A DNA stretch of 64,000 nt from the human T2T-CHM13v2.0 reference genome, Homo sapiens (GCF_009914755.1 NC_060940.1), one strand, 5' to 3'; shown: positions 12,021-29,532, counted from the stretch's first letter. Notes: generated by a model not told the origin, from the letters alone. A program made the numbers and translations.

Positions 12021-12569
12021 AGTTACAGAGAAGGGGTCCTGATCCAGACACCAAGAGGGGTTCTTGTATCTCACCCAAGAAAGAATTCAGGGTGAGTCCA
12101 TAGGGTAAAGTGAAAGCTTATTAAGAAAGTAAAGAAATGAAGAATGTCTACTCTGTAGGCAGAGCAGCCCCTGGAGGCTGCTGGTTTCCCATTTTTTATG
12201 GTTCTTTCTGGATTATATGCTAAACAGTGAATGGATTATTCATGCCTCCCCTTTTTAGACCATATAGGGTAACTTCCTGACATGACCATGGTATTTGTAA
12301 ATTGTCATGGCACTGGTGGGAGTGTAGCAGTGAGGACCACCAGAGGAACTCTCGTCGCCATCTTGGTTTTGGTGGGTTTGGGCTGGCTTCTCTATTGCAA
12401 TCTGTTTTATCAGCAAGGTCTTTATGACCTGTATATTGTGATGACCTCCTATCTCATCCTGTGACTTAGAAGGCCTTAACCATCTGGGAATGCAGCCCAG
12501 TAGATCTCAGCTTCATTTTACCCAGCCCCTATTCAGGATGGGGTTGCTCTGGTTCAAACGCCTCTGACA
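12021..12569 (-). mobile_element. MER41 solo LTR (MER41A type, lacking the GAS/STAT1 segment)
   Basis: GGGGTCCTGATCCAGACACCAAGAGGGGGTTCTTG...CAAACGCCTCTGACA; GGATTATTCATG joins straight to CCTCCCCTTTTTAGACC with no TTCCGGGAA. Confidence 0.85.
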
Positions 12570-12619
12570 CCTCCACCATTCCCAAGAGCCTCCTTTGCCA
12601 AAAATGTGCACCTAACAAT

Positions 12620-12985
12620 AAGAGCTAAACTGAACATGTTCTGTGGTCAGGCTTGGCCACGTGATCTCATTTCATTCTTACAACAACCCTGTAAGAGAAA
12701 TATTATCTCCCCTTTGCAATACAGAGCATGTTCGGTGGGGGTTAGGTGACTTCCCCAACATCACAGGCTAGTTTGTGGGGTAAGATTCTTCCTTATCCAC
12801 ATGCTGTCAGGATCCAGATGAGACATTTATCCTCCTACACCCCAGCTTGAATTCTGTGGAACCACTGGGCAGGCTTCAAATGTAGGCACAGTGAGCTGAT
12901 TTGTAATAATAACAGCCAATATCTGAGTACCTACCACGTGCCAGGCATTGTACATAGAGTCTTTCATTTGACAACTCAATAAGAT
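12620..12985 (-). mobile_element. MIR fragments
   Basis: CTCATTTCATTCTTACAACAACCCTGTAAG; TGAGTACCTACCACGTGCCAGGCATTG. Confidence 0.6.
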
Positions 12986-13004
12986 ATGTATGTCTGCAGC
13001 TCGA

Positions 13005-13141
13005 TATTATAGGCTGATCTTTGTTAGAAAAGAAATGATTTGGGGGCTGCTTTTCAGTAAAAGGAAAACTTTTAAAACCTTACCGAGGACTTCCTTACCC
13101 TGACTATCTGCCTAAATAATTTCTTTTTAACTTCTATATCA
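13005..13141 (-). mobile_element. ERV1 LTR 5' fragment (MER50-like)
   Basis: minus strand TGATATAGAAGTTAAAAAGAAATTATTTAGGCAGATAG. Confidence 0.6.
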
Positions 13142-13142
13142 A

Positions 13143-13692
<550 letters not shown>

Positions 13693-14036
13693 CCCACAGC
13701 TGTTCATAAAACTTCAGATGATAAGCAGTTTTAATGCCCAGAATTTAACTACATGGAGTATGTTCCCAACTTCCTGTAGTTTCTAATCTCTGGGTAACAC
13801 ACCTCTCCCATTTTTGTTCTCCCAGTCCTTCCACCAGCTTTATAACTTAATTCCCTGTATTCAAGCTCTCTCTTTGAAATATCTAAGGTGATTTCTGCTT
13901 TTTCTACTGAACACTTACTAATAAACCCTTTTTCCAATTCTTTTCCTTTATAGATTTGTGTAAATGCCCAAGGTTTTATTATTCAGGTGCCTGTCCTTTC
14001 TCCTTTTTGCTGAGTTCTTCAATGTGACCTTTCTGA

Positions 14037-14360
<324 letters not shown>

Positions 14361-14594
14361 CTTTCTGGTTTCAATTTTTTGGTTATCATTGTTTCTTCCC
14401 ACCACCCTCTCAACATTGACAGGCGAGAGTTAACGCTTGCCTTTTATTGCTCTCCTCTGCACTTAGATCTCTGTTACATTAAACTACAAAGCAGCTAAAG
14501 CACTGGACAACCCAATCCCTTCCTCTGGGACACTGCCACCTGGGAGCATCGCTGAACATTTTGTTCTACTGGGTCATTAGAAACAAGATCTGCA

Positions 14595-14901
<307 letters not shown>

Positions 14902-15175
14902 CCCCACAAGATCTGCCCACAGCAGGGCTCTGCCCCTGTTGATGGGAACTATGCATAACTAATAAACAGGAAAATTAGTGGCAAAATGGCCTGATCCTTC
15001 TCAACATGCTTCTAATAACTTCCAAATCTTCCAAATCTCCCAATCTAGATTTCCTTATATACCTTCTTTCCTTCCTAGATGATTACTCCAAACCTTCAAA
15101 CTCAGGCATTTTTGAGTCTACATTTGCTCTTCCTTTCCTCCCCATCATATGGCACTTTGCTCTGCAAAGGATTAA

Positions 15176-15500
<325 letters not shown>

Positions 15501-15831
15501 CCGTACACATTTGAAATAAGAGCTGGCTTGGTCTCTAGTTGTGGATGCTGAGATGTCAGAGGTACCCAACAATCTGGCAGATTTAAGATGAGACTTTATC
15601 TTGCAGCATTGCAAATACCACGTGGGATAGATACCAGAACTCTGTTTCAAAGCTGAGGTAAATAATGTTCAGAGGAGTTTACTACTTGTCCAAAGTCACA
15701 TAGAGTGTAAGAGGGAGAGCCAGGTCTGAATCCAGGTCTTTCTGTTGCCACAGCTCCTGCCAAACACTGCAGTCAATGCAGGAAAACATAAATGAAAGCA
15801 TTGGATCTTAAATTCCAGCAAAACGCTATTG

Positions 15832-16518
<687 letters not shown>

Positions 16519-17199
16519 TTATGTGTTCATATAGCAATCTGGACTACTGGCTAAATGAATTAATTTATCACCGAATGTAATTATACGTTTGTGCATTTTG
16601 CTCGCTGTTGTATCTTAGTGCAAGGTCAGGGCCTGGCTCTTGACAAGATCTTAGTAATAGACATAGAGTAAGTGCAACATCACAGAATAAAAGTTTCATG
16701 ACAACAGGATTTTGTCTGTTCTGTTCTCTGTTGTATCCCCATCACCCAGATGATGTCTGGCACATGGAACACGCTCAATCAGGATAAATTCCTCCCCAAG
16801 TGGAGTCAAGGAATCTTTTCCCTAGTGATCCAGGGCTCTCAACCACCCTGGATCCTTTTAGGGTGGCCTGTCCGCCGTGGGTTGGGGCCACGGGCTTGTA
16901 GGAAGAGGGGATTGACTTCCCCGTTCCTGGCTGAGGCTCCACATCTTCCCTCTGTACTAGGCTCTGCAGAAAATTTTCAGTTGGGGCAATGTGCTGCTCA
17001 GTTAGTGCCATTTACCAAAATGAGGGAAAGTAAGAAAGGGCAAGTGGGAGGTGCAGTTTAAAGAAGATTCGTTAGACATCTAATTGACAAAATCAAGTAG
17101 GAAACTGCATACATCTGTCTACAACTCAGGGGTGGCGTAAAGCTGTAGATATAAAGCTGGAATTCATCAGCCTATAGATGGGGTCTGAAACCAAAAGAA

Positions 17200-17645
17200 T
17201 GGTGGGGCAGCCACTGCGGGAAACAGCATGGCGGTTCCTCAAAAGATTAAACGTGGAATGACCAAAGGATCCAGCAATTCCACTTCTGGGTAATGTGGTC
17301 TATGGAATATTATTTGCCCTTAAAAAAAATAAGGATATTCTAACCCATGCTGCATGGATGGACCCTGAGGACATTATGCTAAAGGAAGTAAGCCAATCAC
17401 AGAAGGACAAATACTGTATGATGCAATTTCTAGGAGATCCCTACAGTAGTCAACTCATAGAGACAGAAAGTAGAACGATGGTTGCCAGAGGCTAGGGGAG
17501 GAGGGAATGGGGAGTTGTTGTTTCACGGGCACGGAGTTTCTGTTTGGCAAGATGAAAAGGTTCTGGAGATAGATGGTAGTGATGGTTGCACAACAATGTA
17601 AACATACTTAATGCCACAGACTGTACAATTAAAAACAGTTAAAAC
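17200..17645 (+). mobile_element. L1MB-type 3' end
   Basis: GAGGACATTATGCTAAAGGAAGTAAGCCAATCACAGAAGGACAAATACTG...GATGGTTGCACAACAATGT. Confidence 0.85.
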
Positions 17646-17995
17646 GGCCAGGCACGGCGGCTCACGCCTATAATCCTAGCACTTTGGGAGGCTGAGGCAG
17701 TGGATTGCCTGAGCTGAGGAGTTCAAGACCAGCCTGGGCAACATGGTGAAACTCCATCTCTACTAAAATACACAAAAAATTAGCCAGGCATGGTGGCGAG
17801 AGCCTGTAGTCCTAGCTACTCGGGAGGCTGAGGCATGACAATTGTGCTTGAACTCAGGAGGCAGAGGTTGCAGTGAACTGAGGTCACGTCACTGAACTCC
17901 AGCCTAGGCAATAGCTCGAGACTCGTCTCCAAAAAAAAATTAACAATAATAATAATAATTAATAAATATAAAAATAAAAATGGTTAAAATGGTAA

Positions 17996-18049
<54 letters not shown>

Positions 18050-18349
18050 GTTTTTTTTTTTTTTTCTGAGACCAAGTTTCGCTCTTGTTGCCCAGGCTGG
18101 AGTGCAATGGGCCTGATCTTGGCTCACCACAACCTCCGCCTCCTGGGTTCAAGCGATTCTCCAGCCTCAGCCTCCCGAGTAGCTGGGGTTATAGGCATGC
18201 GCCATCATGCCTGGCTAATTTTGTATTTTTAGTAGAGACAGGATTTCTCCATGTTGGTCACGCTGGTCTTAAACTCCCAACCTCAGGTGATCCCCCGCCT
18301 CAGCCTCCCAAAGTGCTGGGATTACAGGCATGAGCAACTGCGCCCGGCC
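17646..18349. mobile_element. Tail-to-tail Alu pair (plus 17646-17939, minus 18051-18349) around (TG)n(TA)n
   Basis: two full Alus in opposite orientation; microsatellite at 17996-18050. Confidence 0.93.
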
Positions 18350-18529
18350 TTGTTATGTATATTTTACCACAATAAAAGAACTCATTATTATGTACTGAAT
18401 GCTTCCTGTATGCCCAGCATCTTTTAAGTGCTGTCCGGGTTTCAAACTCATTGAATCCTCCTATTTTCAAGGTAGGTACATTATCACCCCCATTTTATAG
18501 GCAAGGAAAGTAGTGATCAGAGAAGTTAA

Positions 18530-18855
<326 letters not shown>

Positions 18856-18869
18856 ACTAAGCTGTTTTT

Positions 18870-21620
18870 AAAAATTTGCTAAGGATTGTTTTATGGCTGA
18901 ATGTCTGTTCAATTTTAGATTATGTGCCATGTGCAGATGAGAAGAAGGTATATTCTGTCATTTGGGGTGGAGAGTTCTCTAGAAGTCTATTAGGACGATT
19001 TGGTAGGTATTAAGGTCCCAGATATCTTTGTTAGTTTTCTGCCTCAATGATCTGTCTAATACTGTCAATGGGGTATTGGAGTCTCCCACTATTTTTGTGT
19101 GATTATCTAAATCTCTTCATAAGGCTGTAAGATCTTGCTTTATGAATCTGGGTGTTCCTGTGTTGGGTGCATGTATATTAAGGATAGATTTTTTTCATTA
19201 TGTAATTTCCTTCTTTGTCTTTTTTGTTCTTTGTTTGTTTGAAGTTTGTTTTGACTGAAATTTGAATAGCAACCCCTGCTTTATTAGTTTTCCTTTTACT
19301 TGGTAGATTTTTCTCCATCCCTTTATTTCGAACCTATGGATGTTTTTGCATTTGAGATGGATCTCTTGAAGATATAGTTGGATCTTGCTTCTTTACCCAA
19401 GTTGCTACTCTGCCTTTTAATTGGGGGGCATTTAGCCTGTTTGTATAAGTTTAATGTTGATTTGTGCGGATTTGATGCTGTCATTTTGTTGTTAGGTGGT
19501 TATTATGCAGACTTGATTGTGTGGTTGCTTTATACTCTCAATAGTGTATGTATATGAGTGAGTGTGTGTGTGTGTATGTGTGTGTGTGTTTTGTTGCAAG
19601 TAGTGGTTTTTCCTTTCCATATTTAGCACTCCCTTTGGGACCTCTTGTAAGACAGGCCTAGTAGTAAAGGAATTCCCTTAGCATTTGTTTGTCTGGAAAG
19701 GGTCTTATTTCTCCTTTGTCTATGAAGCTCAGTTTGGCTGGACAAGAAATTCTTGGTTGGAATTTATTTTCTTAAAAAATGCTAAATATAAGCTCCCAAT
19801 CTCTTCTGGCTTGTAGGATTACATTTGAATGTAATCTTTCATTTAAATCTTGGAGAATATGATAGCATTTTTCAGGGGTTTTCTGCATTTCTTGAATTTG
19901 AGTGTTGGCCTCTCTAGTAAGATTGGTGAAATTTTTGTGGATGATATCCTCAAGTGTGTTTTCCCAGTTGTTTACTTTATCTTCCTCTCCTTAAGGGATG
20001 CCAATGAGCCATAGATTTTTTTCTCTTTACATAATCTCACATTTCTCAAAGGTTTTGTTCATACTTCTTTATCTTATTTTATTTTTGTCTGGCTGAGTTA
20101 TTTCAGAGAATAAGCCTTTCAGATCTGGGATTCTTTCCTCAGATTGGTCAATTCCACTGTTAATAATTGTGATTGTATTATAAAATTTTTGAAGTGAATT
20201 TGTCAGCTCTATCAGATCAGTTTTGTTCTTTACTAAAATGTCTATTTTTGTCTTTTGTCTTCTGTATTGTTTTGTTTGTGTCTTAGATTCCTTGTATTGG
20301 GTTTTAACTTCCTCCTGGATGCCAATGATCTTCATTTTTATTTATATTCTAATTCAATTTATGTCATTTTAGCCATTTCAGCCTCATTAAAAACCATTGC
20401 TGAAAAACTAGTATGATTCTTTGGAGGGGCAAAGACATTCTGACTTTTTAAGTTGCCACAGTTCTTGCAGTGTTTTTTTCTCATCTGTGTGGGCTAATGT
20501 TTCTTCAACCTTTAACCCTTTTCCTGTTTGCCCTGAGAATACTCACCAGTAGTGCTTGTGGCTGCAGAATTTAGCCCAAGATAACTTTGTCACAAAATAT
20601 ATCACCTTTATTATTATTCTTGCATCACTCTAGTATATTGACTTTGGAAATAAAAGACATTATTCTATTTTTAGCATCTTGTTTTTAGTGATGGTATTTT
20701 CAGTAAAATATATAGTATTTCTTGATTGCTGAAAATGACCAATCCTAGAAAACAGCATTTCTACATGTGATATTAACATCATTCTCAAACAATTGTTGGC
20801 TAAAGAGTCATGTGACGAATTCTGATTTTTCTGAAATAGATGATTCTGATTATTCAGATGATTCTGATGTTAGTTCTGTTTATAAATAACTTCAAGAACA
20901 GTTTTTATATTTTATTTTCACATTGAAAATCAGTCAGATTTGCTTCAGCCTCAAAGAGTATGTCTATGTAAAATTAAATGAATGCTTGCAGTAAGCTGTA
21001 CTTTTTTTTCTAAATGGGAAAAGGGTTAAAGTTGTTGTCAATTGCATGGGTTTTTTTTGGCATTTATCTTCTGTGATTCCCTTTTGAGTTAATCGTAGTA
21101 TAAGGTGGGTGCAGTTGACTGGGTTCATTTCTGGAAGATTTTAAAGTGCCAAGGCTCAACTCAGCATTCCTGGGCTGCATAGTCTAACTCTCAGGGGCTG
21201 ATAGTAGAACCTTGGCTTTGTTCTCTGGCCTCTCCAGGATAAAAAGCTGCTGTGCTAGAGGGACTGAGTTGTTCTCAGTCCTCTGGCCACAACACTCTGA
21301 TGGGTGGTGCTAGCCAAAGCACTTCATCAGGGTGATGGCAGCAGGATTTGTTCTCATCCATGCATGCTAGCAGTCGTGGCAGTGCAGCAGTATGGATATG
21401 CATTGGCTGGGGAAGCGTACCCACACAAATGAGGCTACAGTGCTCCTGCTCATGCTTATGCAGGATATGGGGTGCATGCTGGGATGGGGATGCTGGTATC
21501 CATGTTTGCAGTTATGCCTGCGATGGTGATGGTGGGACAATCATGGGTGTGGGGCTCCTGGCCTCCATGCATGCATTTGTAACTTTAGTGGAGATGGTGC
21601 AGGGGTGGGCAAGCTACAAA
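18870..21620 (-). mobile_element. Old L1 (L1M/L1PB-age): 5'UTR, ORF1 and EN remnants, interrupted by MER75
   Basis: ORF1-like coiled-coil translation at 20069-20335; EN motif IVGDSNTPL region ~19070-19100. Confidence 0.8.
20516..21025 (+). mobile_element. MER75 piggyBac-family non-autonomous transposon
   Basis: TIRs CCCTTTTCC.../...GGAAAAGGG; TTAA TSD at 20512-20515 and 21026-21029; ~510 bp. Confidence 0.92.
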
Positions 21621-21624
21621 TGGG

Positions 21625-23240
21625 TCTGTATAATAGTGGCTGTATTCATCTGTGTGCAACAAGAAGTGTCAGCAACTGCACAGATTCTTTTCTGTTCATC
21701 CAGTAAGTAATCTAGAGAGAGTATATTATCTAGCACAACTTTAGCTAGATAATTTAGAGAAGTCTGTTATGCAACTGTAGCCTTTACAGTAGAATCTGCT
21801 TCAGGGAGTTTTATGAGAGATAAACGTTTAATCATTGCTTCATTTACTTCAAACCATACAAACAGACCAAACAAATAATGCACATCCAGAAGAGTGAAGG
21901 CCTCTTGGCAATGCTCTCTAACCTATGATATATGTTAAGAGAAGTGGACCAATGTTCTGACTATGAGGCAACAAATATACTGTTCCAATTTCTCACCCAT
22001 TTTGTCTCTTCATCATTTATATATCAAGGCATAAAGTCATCTCTTTTAAGCTTGGTTGTAAAATCCTTCACAAATATAAGTATATCCCTTTTACACAAGA
22101 TCCATTTTATAGTTTGATTGTTTATAGAGGCAGGAGCAAGAAAAAAATTGAGGTAAAAGTGTCATAATAGTAGAGAAGTCTTGATTTGTAATCTTGGGAT
22201 GGCTGTTTATGTTCAGGATGTTATCTGCTTCTGGGGAGAAAGTTTCCTGGTTAGCTTTACCTTAAGTTCTCTAATGAGTGCACAGTTCCAAAAGTCTTGA
22301 TGGGACCTTCTTGATGGGACCTTCTGAGTTGTCAGATTATAAACCCAAGGTTTCAGGTCCTGAAACTTTTCTACAGTGTGAGTGACAAGGGCAGTATTTC
22401 CCTGATGTTGTTTCCAGAAGACAAAGTCTCTGGGTTTTAGATCATGAATGGTTTAATTCTCCTCAATTGGCATATCACAACAAGCTGTTTTTACTCGGTG
22501 AAAATACATAGTGCATTAAGGCTTTGAAGCATTTATTCATATCAGAGTTTAGAAGCAGAAGATGCATGAAGATGCAATAATACATGCATGCATTATTAGG
22601 AGCAAAGCTCTTCTGGTGACTATTTCATAAGGGGTCAACTTATGTTTTCCACTGGAAGTGGATCTGATTCTCATCAATATGTAATACCTTTGATCAAGAC
22701 AATCCAGTCAATTCAGTTAGCCTAGTCTAATGCTATTTTATCAGTAATATTTAATTGTTTTGTAACTTATCAAGTAAGACAAGTACCTTTGTCACTGGTG
22801 ATCTCTCCAGAAAGGTCACATGAGAAACTTCCTCCCCCCGCCCCCCCTTTTTTTTTTTGAGATGGAGTCCCACTCTGTCGCTCAGGCTGGAGTGCAGTGT
22901 TGCAATCTTAGCACACTGAAACCTCCACCTCCTGGGTTCAAGTGATTCTCCTGCCTCAACCTCCCGAATAGCTGGGATTACAGGCACCCACCACCATGCC
23001 CAGCTAATTTTTGTATTTTTAGTAAAGATGGGGTTTCACCATTTTGGTCAGAATGGTCTCGAACTCCCGATCTCAGGTGATCCACCCACCTCAGCCTTCC
23101 AAAGTGCTGGGATTATAGGCGTGAGCCACCGCGCCTGACCAAAAATACATTTTAAATAATGTTTTAGCTATTGTTATAACATCAGCTCTCTTGCATGAGA
23201 AAGCTTGCATATAACCAAAGAATATTAATTGAAAATGACA
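21625..23240 (-). mobile_element. Class I ERV (MER4-group) internal remnant: integrase C-terminus and env TM; Alu at 22847-23140
   Basis: minus translation LAKVVLDNILSLDYLLDEQKRICAVADTSCC (ISU + CX6CC) at ~21650-21760; LVTHTVEKFQDLKPWVY at ~22330-22390. Confidence 0.85.
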
Positions 23241-23289
23241 ATGGGATGGGTACAGTGGCTCATGCTGCACCCATCCCGTTGTCAAACTT

Positions 23290-23990
<701 letters not shown>

Positions 23991-24122
23991 AAGACATAAA
24001 AAAAAGTTTGAAAATCAATCACATCTTTAGATCAGAAAAAATGGTGAAATAAAGATCATAATGACATAAACTTGGTGCATTTAAAACCTAAAAGAAACAT
24101 GTATTTTCAAAAATAATTTTCA

Positions 24123-26612
24123 GAATGGAGGGGATCATGGCGGATGGAAGGCAGGACTAGATTGCAGCTCCAGATAGAGCACCATCTGGAGGCTTCCATT
24201 GTGAATTTTATCTCCAGATTGACTGCAAGAAAAACCAGCACTACTGAGAGGACCCACATACCCTCTGAAGGAAGTGGACTGCTCCTGCAGGACCCAGGAG
24301 ATACCTCAAATACTGTGAGTGCCCCAACTGCAGAGGTGGAAAAGGGAGACGCTCCTCCCCCTAACACATCCTCCCACTGGAGAAGCTTCTGTTTGCAGAA
24401 ATTTTCCAACTTTAGAATGAATTAGAGAGGGTTCCTTCTTTCTCTATCATGTGGAATAGTGTCAAAAGTAGTCAAAATAGTGTCAAAAGGATTGGTACCA
24501 ATTCTTCTTTGAATGTCTGGTAGAATTCTGCTGTGAATCCACCTGGTCCTGGACATTTTTTGTTGGTAATTTTTAAATTACCATTTCAATCTTGCTGCTC
24601 ATTATTGGTCTGTTCAGGGTATCTAATTCTTCCTCATTTAAGCTAGGATGGTTGTATTTTTCCAGGAGTTTATCTATCTCTTTTAGGTTTTCTAGTTAAT
24701 GTGCATAAAGGTGTTGAGAGTAGGTTTGAATGATCTTTTGTATTTCAGTGGTGTCAGTTGTAATATCTCCTGTTTAATTTCTTAGTGAGGTTATTTGGAT
24801 TTTCTCTCTTCTTCTCTTGGTTAATCTTGCTAATGGCCTATCAATTTTATTTATATTTTCAAAGAACCAGGTTTTTGTCTCATTTATCTTTTGTAATTTT
24901 TGTTTCCATTTCATTTAGTTCTGCTCTGATCTTGATTATTTCCTTTCTTCTGCTGGGTTTGGGTTTGGTTTGTTCTTGTTTCTCTAGTTTTTTGAGGTGT
25001 GACCTTAGATTGTCCGTGTTCTTTCAGATTTTTTGATGTAGGCATTTAGGGCTATGAACTTTCCTCTTAGCACCACCTTTGCTGTATCCCAGAGGTTTTG
25101 ATAGGTAGTGTCGTTATTGTCATTCAGTTCGAAGGATGGTTTAACTTCCACCTAGATTTCATTTTTGACCCAATGCTCATTCAGGAGCAGGTTATTTGAT
25201 TTCCATGTGTTTGCATGGTTTGGAAGGTTCCTTTTGGAGTTGATTTCCAGTTTTATTCCACTGTGGTCTGAGAGAGTGCTTGATATAATTTCAATTTTCT
25301 TAAATTTAGTGAGGCTCATTTTATGGCCTATCATATGGTCTATCTTGGAGAAAGCTCCATGAGCTGTTGAATACAATGTGTATTCTGTGGTTGTTGGATA
25401 AAATGTTCTGTATGTATCTATTAAGTCCATTTCTTCCAAGGTGCAATTTACATCCATTGTTTCTTTGTTGACTTTCTGTCTTGATGACCTATCTAGTGCT
25501 GTCAGTGGAGTATTGACGTCCCCCACTATTATTGTGTTGCTGTCTATCTCATTTCCTAGGTCTATCAGCAATTGTTTTATAAATTTGGGAGTTCCAGTGT
25601 TAAGTGCATCTATATTTAGGATTGTGATATTTGGTTACATGAGTAAGTTCTTTGGTGTTGATTTGTGAAGGTTTGGTGCACCCATCACCTGAGTTGTATA
25701 CACTGCACCATATTTGCAGTCTTTTCTCCCTCTCCTTCCTCCCTCTCTTCCCCCCAAGTCCCCAAAAAGCCCATTGTATCATTCCTACACCTTTGCATCC
25801 ACATAGCTTAGCTCCCACGTATGAGTGAGAACATTTGATGTTTGGTTTCCTTTTTTGATTTACTTTACTTAGAGTAATAATCTTTCATCTCATTCAGGTC
25901 ACTGCAAATGCTGTTAATTCATTCCTTTTAAGGGCTGCAAAGTATTGCATCATCTATATATTACCACAGTTTGTTTAGCCACTTGTTGATTGATGGGAAT
26001 TTGGGTTGGTTCCATGACTTTGCTACTGTGAATTGTGCCACTGTAAACATGCGTGTGCAAGTATCTTTTTTGAATAATGATTTATTTTCCTCTGGGTAGA
26101 TACCCAGTAGTGGGATTGTTGGGTCAAATGGTAGGTCTACTTTTAGTTCTTTAAGGAATCTCCACACTGTTTTCCATAGTGGTTGTACTAGTTTACATTC
26201 CCAGCAGCAGTTTAGAAGTGTTCCCTGTTCACCACGTCCACACCAACATCTACTGCTTTTTAATTTTTTGATTATGGCCATTGTTGCAGGAGCAAAGTGG
26301 TATCGCACTGTGGTTTTGATTTGCATTTCCCTGATCATTCGTGATGTTGAACATTTTTTCATATGTTTGCCATTTGTATATCTTATTTTAAGAATTGTCT
26401 ATTCATATCCTTAGTCCACTTTTTGACAACAGTCAGCAGAGTAAACAGACAACCCACAGAATGGGAGAAAATCTTCACAATCTATACATCTGACAAAAGA
26501 CTAACATCTAGGATCTACAACAAACTCAAACAAATCAGTAAGAAAAAAAATCCCATCAAAATATGATATAACCAAATACCACCTGTACCCCAATAATTTA
26601 TAGAAAATTAAT
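24123..26612 (+). mobile_element. Internally rearranged L1PB insertion
   Basis: 5'UTR start (plus), ORF2 segments inverted, 3' end (plus); TSD AAAAATAATTTTCA at 24109-24122 and 26613-26626. Confidence 0.85.
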
Positions 26613-26739
26613 AAAAATAATTTTCATGTATTATTCAAGAGAAACAATCATATTAAAAATAAAATGAAGGGGCTTGTCAAGTCTGATATAAATTCATAAT
26701 TACATGTATTATCCTAGACAGCTCAAGGAGGACAGGACT

Positions 26740-28100
26740 CCTAGGGGAATGTCTGGCTCTGGGTTGCTTGCAGCCCACTCTCCCACACCTCCCTCTACCC
26801 GCCCCCCCACCCGCTTCCCCGACCCTAGCCATTGCAGTCTTGCTGCTACTGCCAGGCCACCGCCATTTTTTAAAGAGGCCCCAGCCTGACTTACAGGAGC
26901 AGAGCTTAAGTCGGCGCAGCCAATGCGCATGCGCGAGGCCTGAGCTGATTCTTGAGTCACAGAGACTTTCACGGTCCGCCTGGTGATGGGTCCCTGAGGC
27001 GTGGCAAAGCAGGACCCCTTCGTGGCAGTGCGTCGGTGTCGCGACTCCACCCTGACGTCTCCAGGAGCTCGAGAGGGATGGTCTCCGGACGCCAGGAGTC
27101 GCGGAGGGCCGACCAGGATGAAGAAACTTCAGGCGGAGTCCCAGGAGAGCAGCGCGGGATCCCAGCCTCAGCCTGCCCAGACGGTGTGTGGGCAAGTCTC
27201 CCCGCAACTCGCGCCCCCTCTGATCTACAGGACAGGCCTGCAGTATGCCCGTGGGCTGCTCTCTTACCCGATTGTCGTTCTCGCGGAGAGCAGAACCCGG
27301 CAGCCTCAAGGGCTACCTGGGGTTGGGTGTTTCTGTGCCGCTGCTGTATGTCTGTGTGTGTGTATGTCTTTCTTTCACTCCTTCCTCTCTCTCTCCTCTC
27401 TCCCTCTGTGGCTGTGTGTGCCCATGTGCGTGTGTGTTTTGGGATGAATGTGCCCTGTGCGCTGGAGGGCTGTTTCTTGCATGTCGGTCTGTATTTGGTG
27501 AGACTCTTTCTGTGTCTCTGCCTGGGACGTCTGACCAGTTGTTGGTCTTTTTCCCGGCGGTTCCAGTTTGGGTTTGTGAAGGCCTTGGCAATGCGGGTAG
27601 CTGCGATGGACCCGCAGGGGTTGAAATCTACTCCCCATCCTGAGAGGCCTCTTTTCTAGGATCAAGACGGTCTCACCACACCCAAGGATAGTATTTAAAA
27701 AAGCATCAGCGGAGCTCATTGTTCTTCTGCAGGAGAGGTGCAGACCGACCTCCAAGAAGATGGTTCTAACTCCTCCCGCCCTCTCTTCCCATTGAGAAAT
27801 GGAGCCCCACCGCGACACAGGCTTGGAGAAGAAGTCGAGAACGGGATGTGGCAAGGATCTCTGTCACTCCAACGCTGGCCTTTCTGGCCAAGTCACCCGT
27901 TTGGCACTCCTTCCCGGAAGCCCATGGCGGTGGCATTGTGCTGTATCCCGCCTGGGCTCTGACCTCTACACTGTCCTCCCTCTTGCTCTGTCTGCCATGT
28001 TTCTGACGGGCCTGGATGCTTCTTGGTCTGGCTCAGTGTCTTCCACAGAGAACACTTTTGAGTCCATCAGGGAGAAACTGTGTGGAAATCCATTTCGTGA
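26740..28100. repeat. Solo SST1/NBL2 (MER22) macrosatellite unit; FAM27E-like coding-frame similarity
   Basis: ~1.4 kb GC/CpG-rich unit with (TG)/(CT) tract; recalled SST1 motifs GGCAAGGATCTCTGTCACT..CCAAGTCACCCGTTTGGCAC; minus ORF ..QAETQKESHQ..ETALQRTGH..THTH resembles FAM27E (recall). Confidence 0.75.
26860..26935. promoter_or_regulatory. Clustered YY1, CCAAT and NRF1 motifs in the SST1 unit
   Basis: CCGCCATTTT at 26860-26869; CCAAT at 26920-26924; TGCGCATGCGC at 26924-26934. Confidence 0.55.
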
Positions 28101-28248
28101 ATGTTGTCATCATAAATCATCAAAATGTCATCTGATAGAACATATTTTTCTAAGTTAATTTACTTATGAGACATTTACAAGGGTATAGAATAATGTACTC
28201 AGTGAATGTAGTCCTCTCATTTAATCTTTGATGTTTTAGATGACGATA

Positions 28249-29532
<1,284 letters not shown>

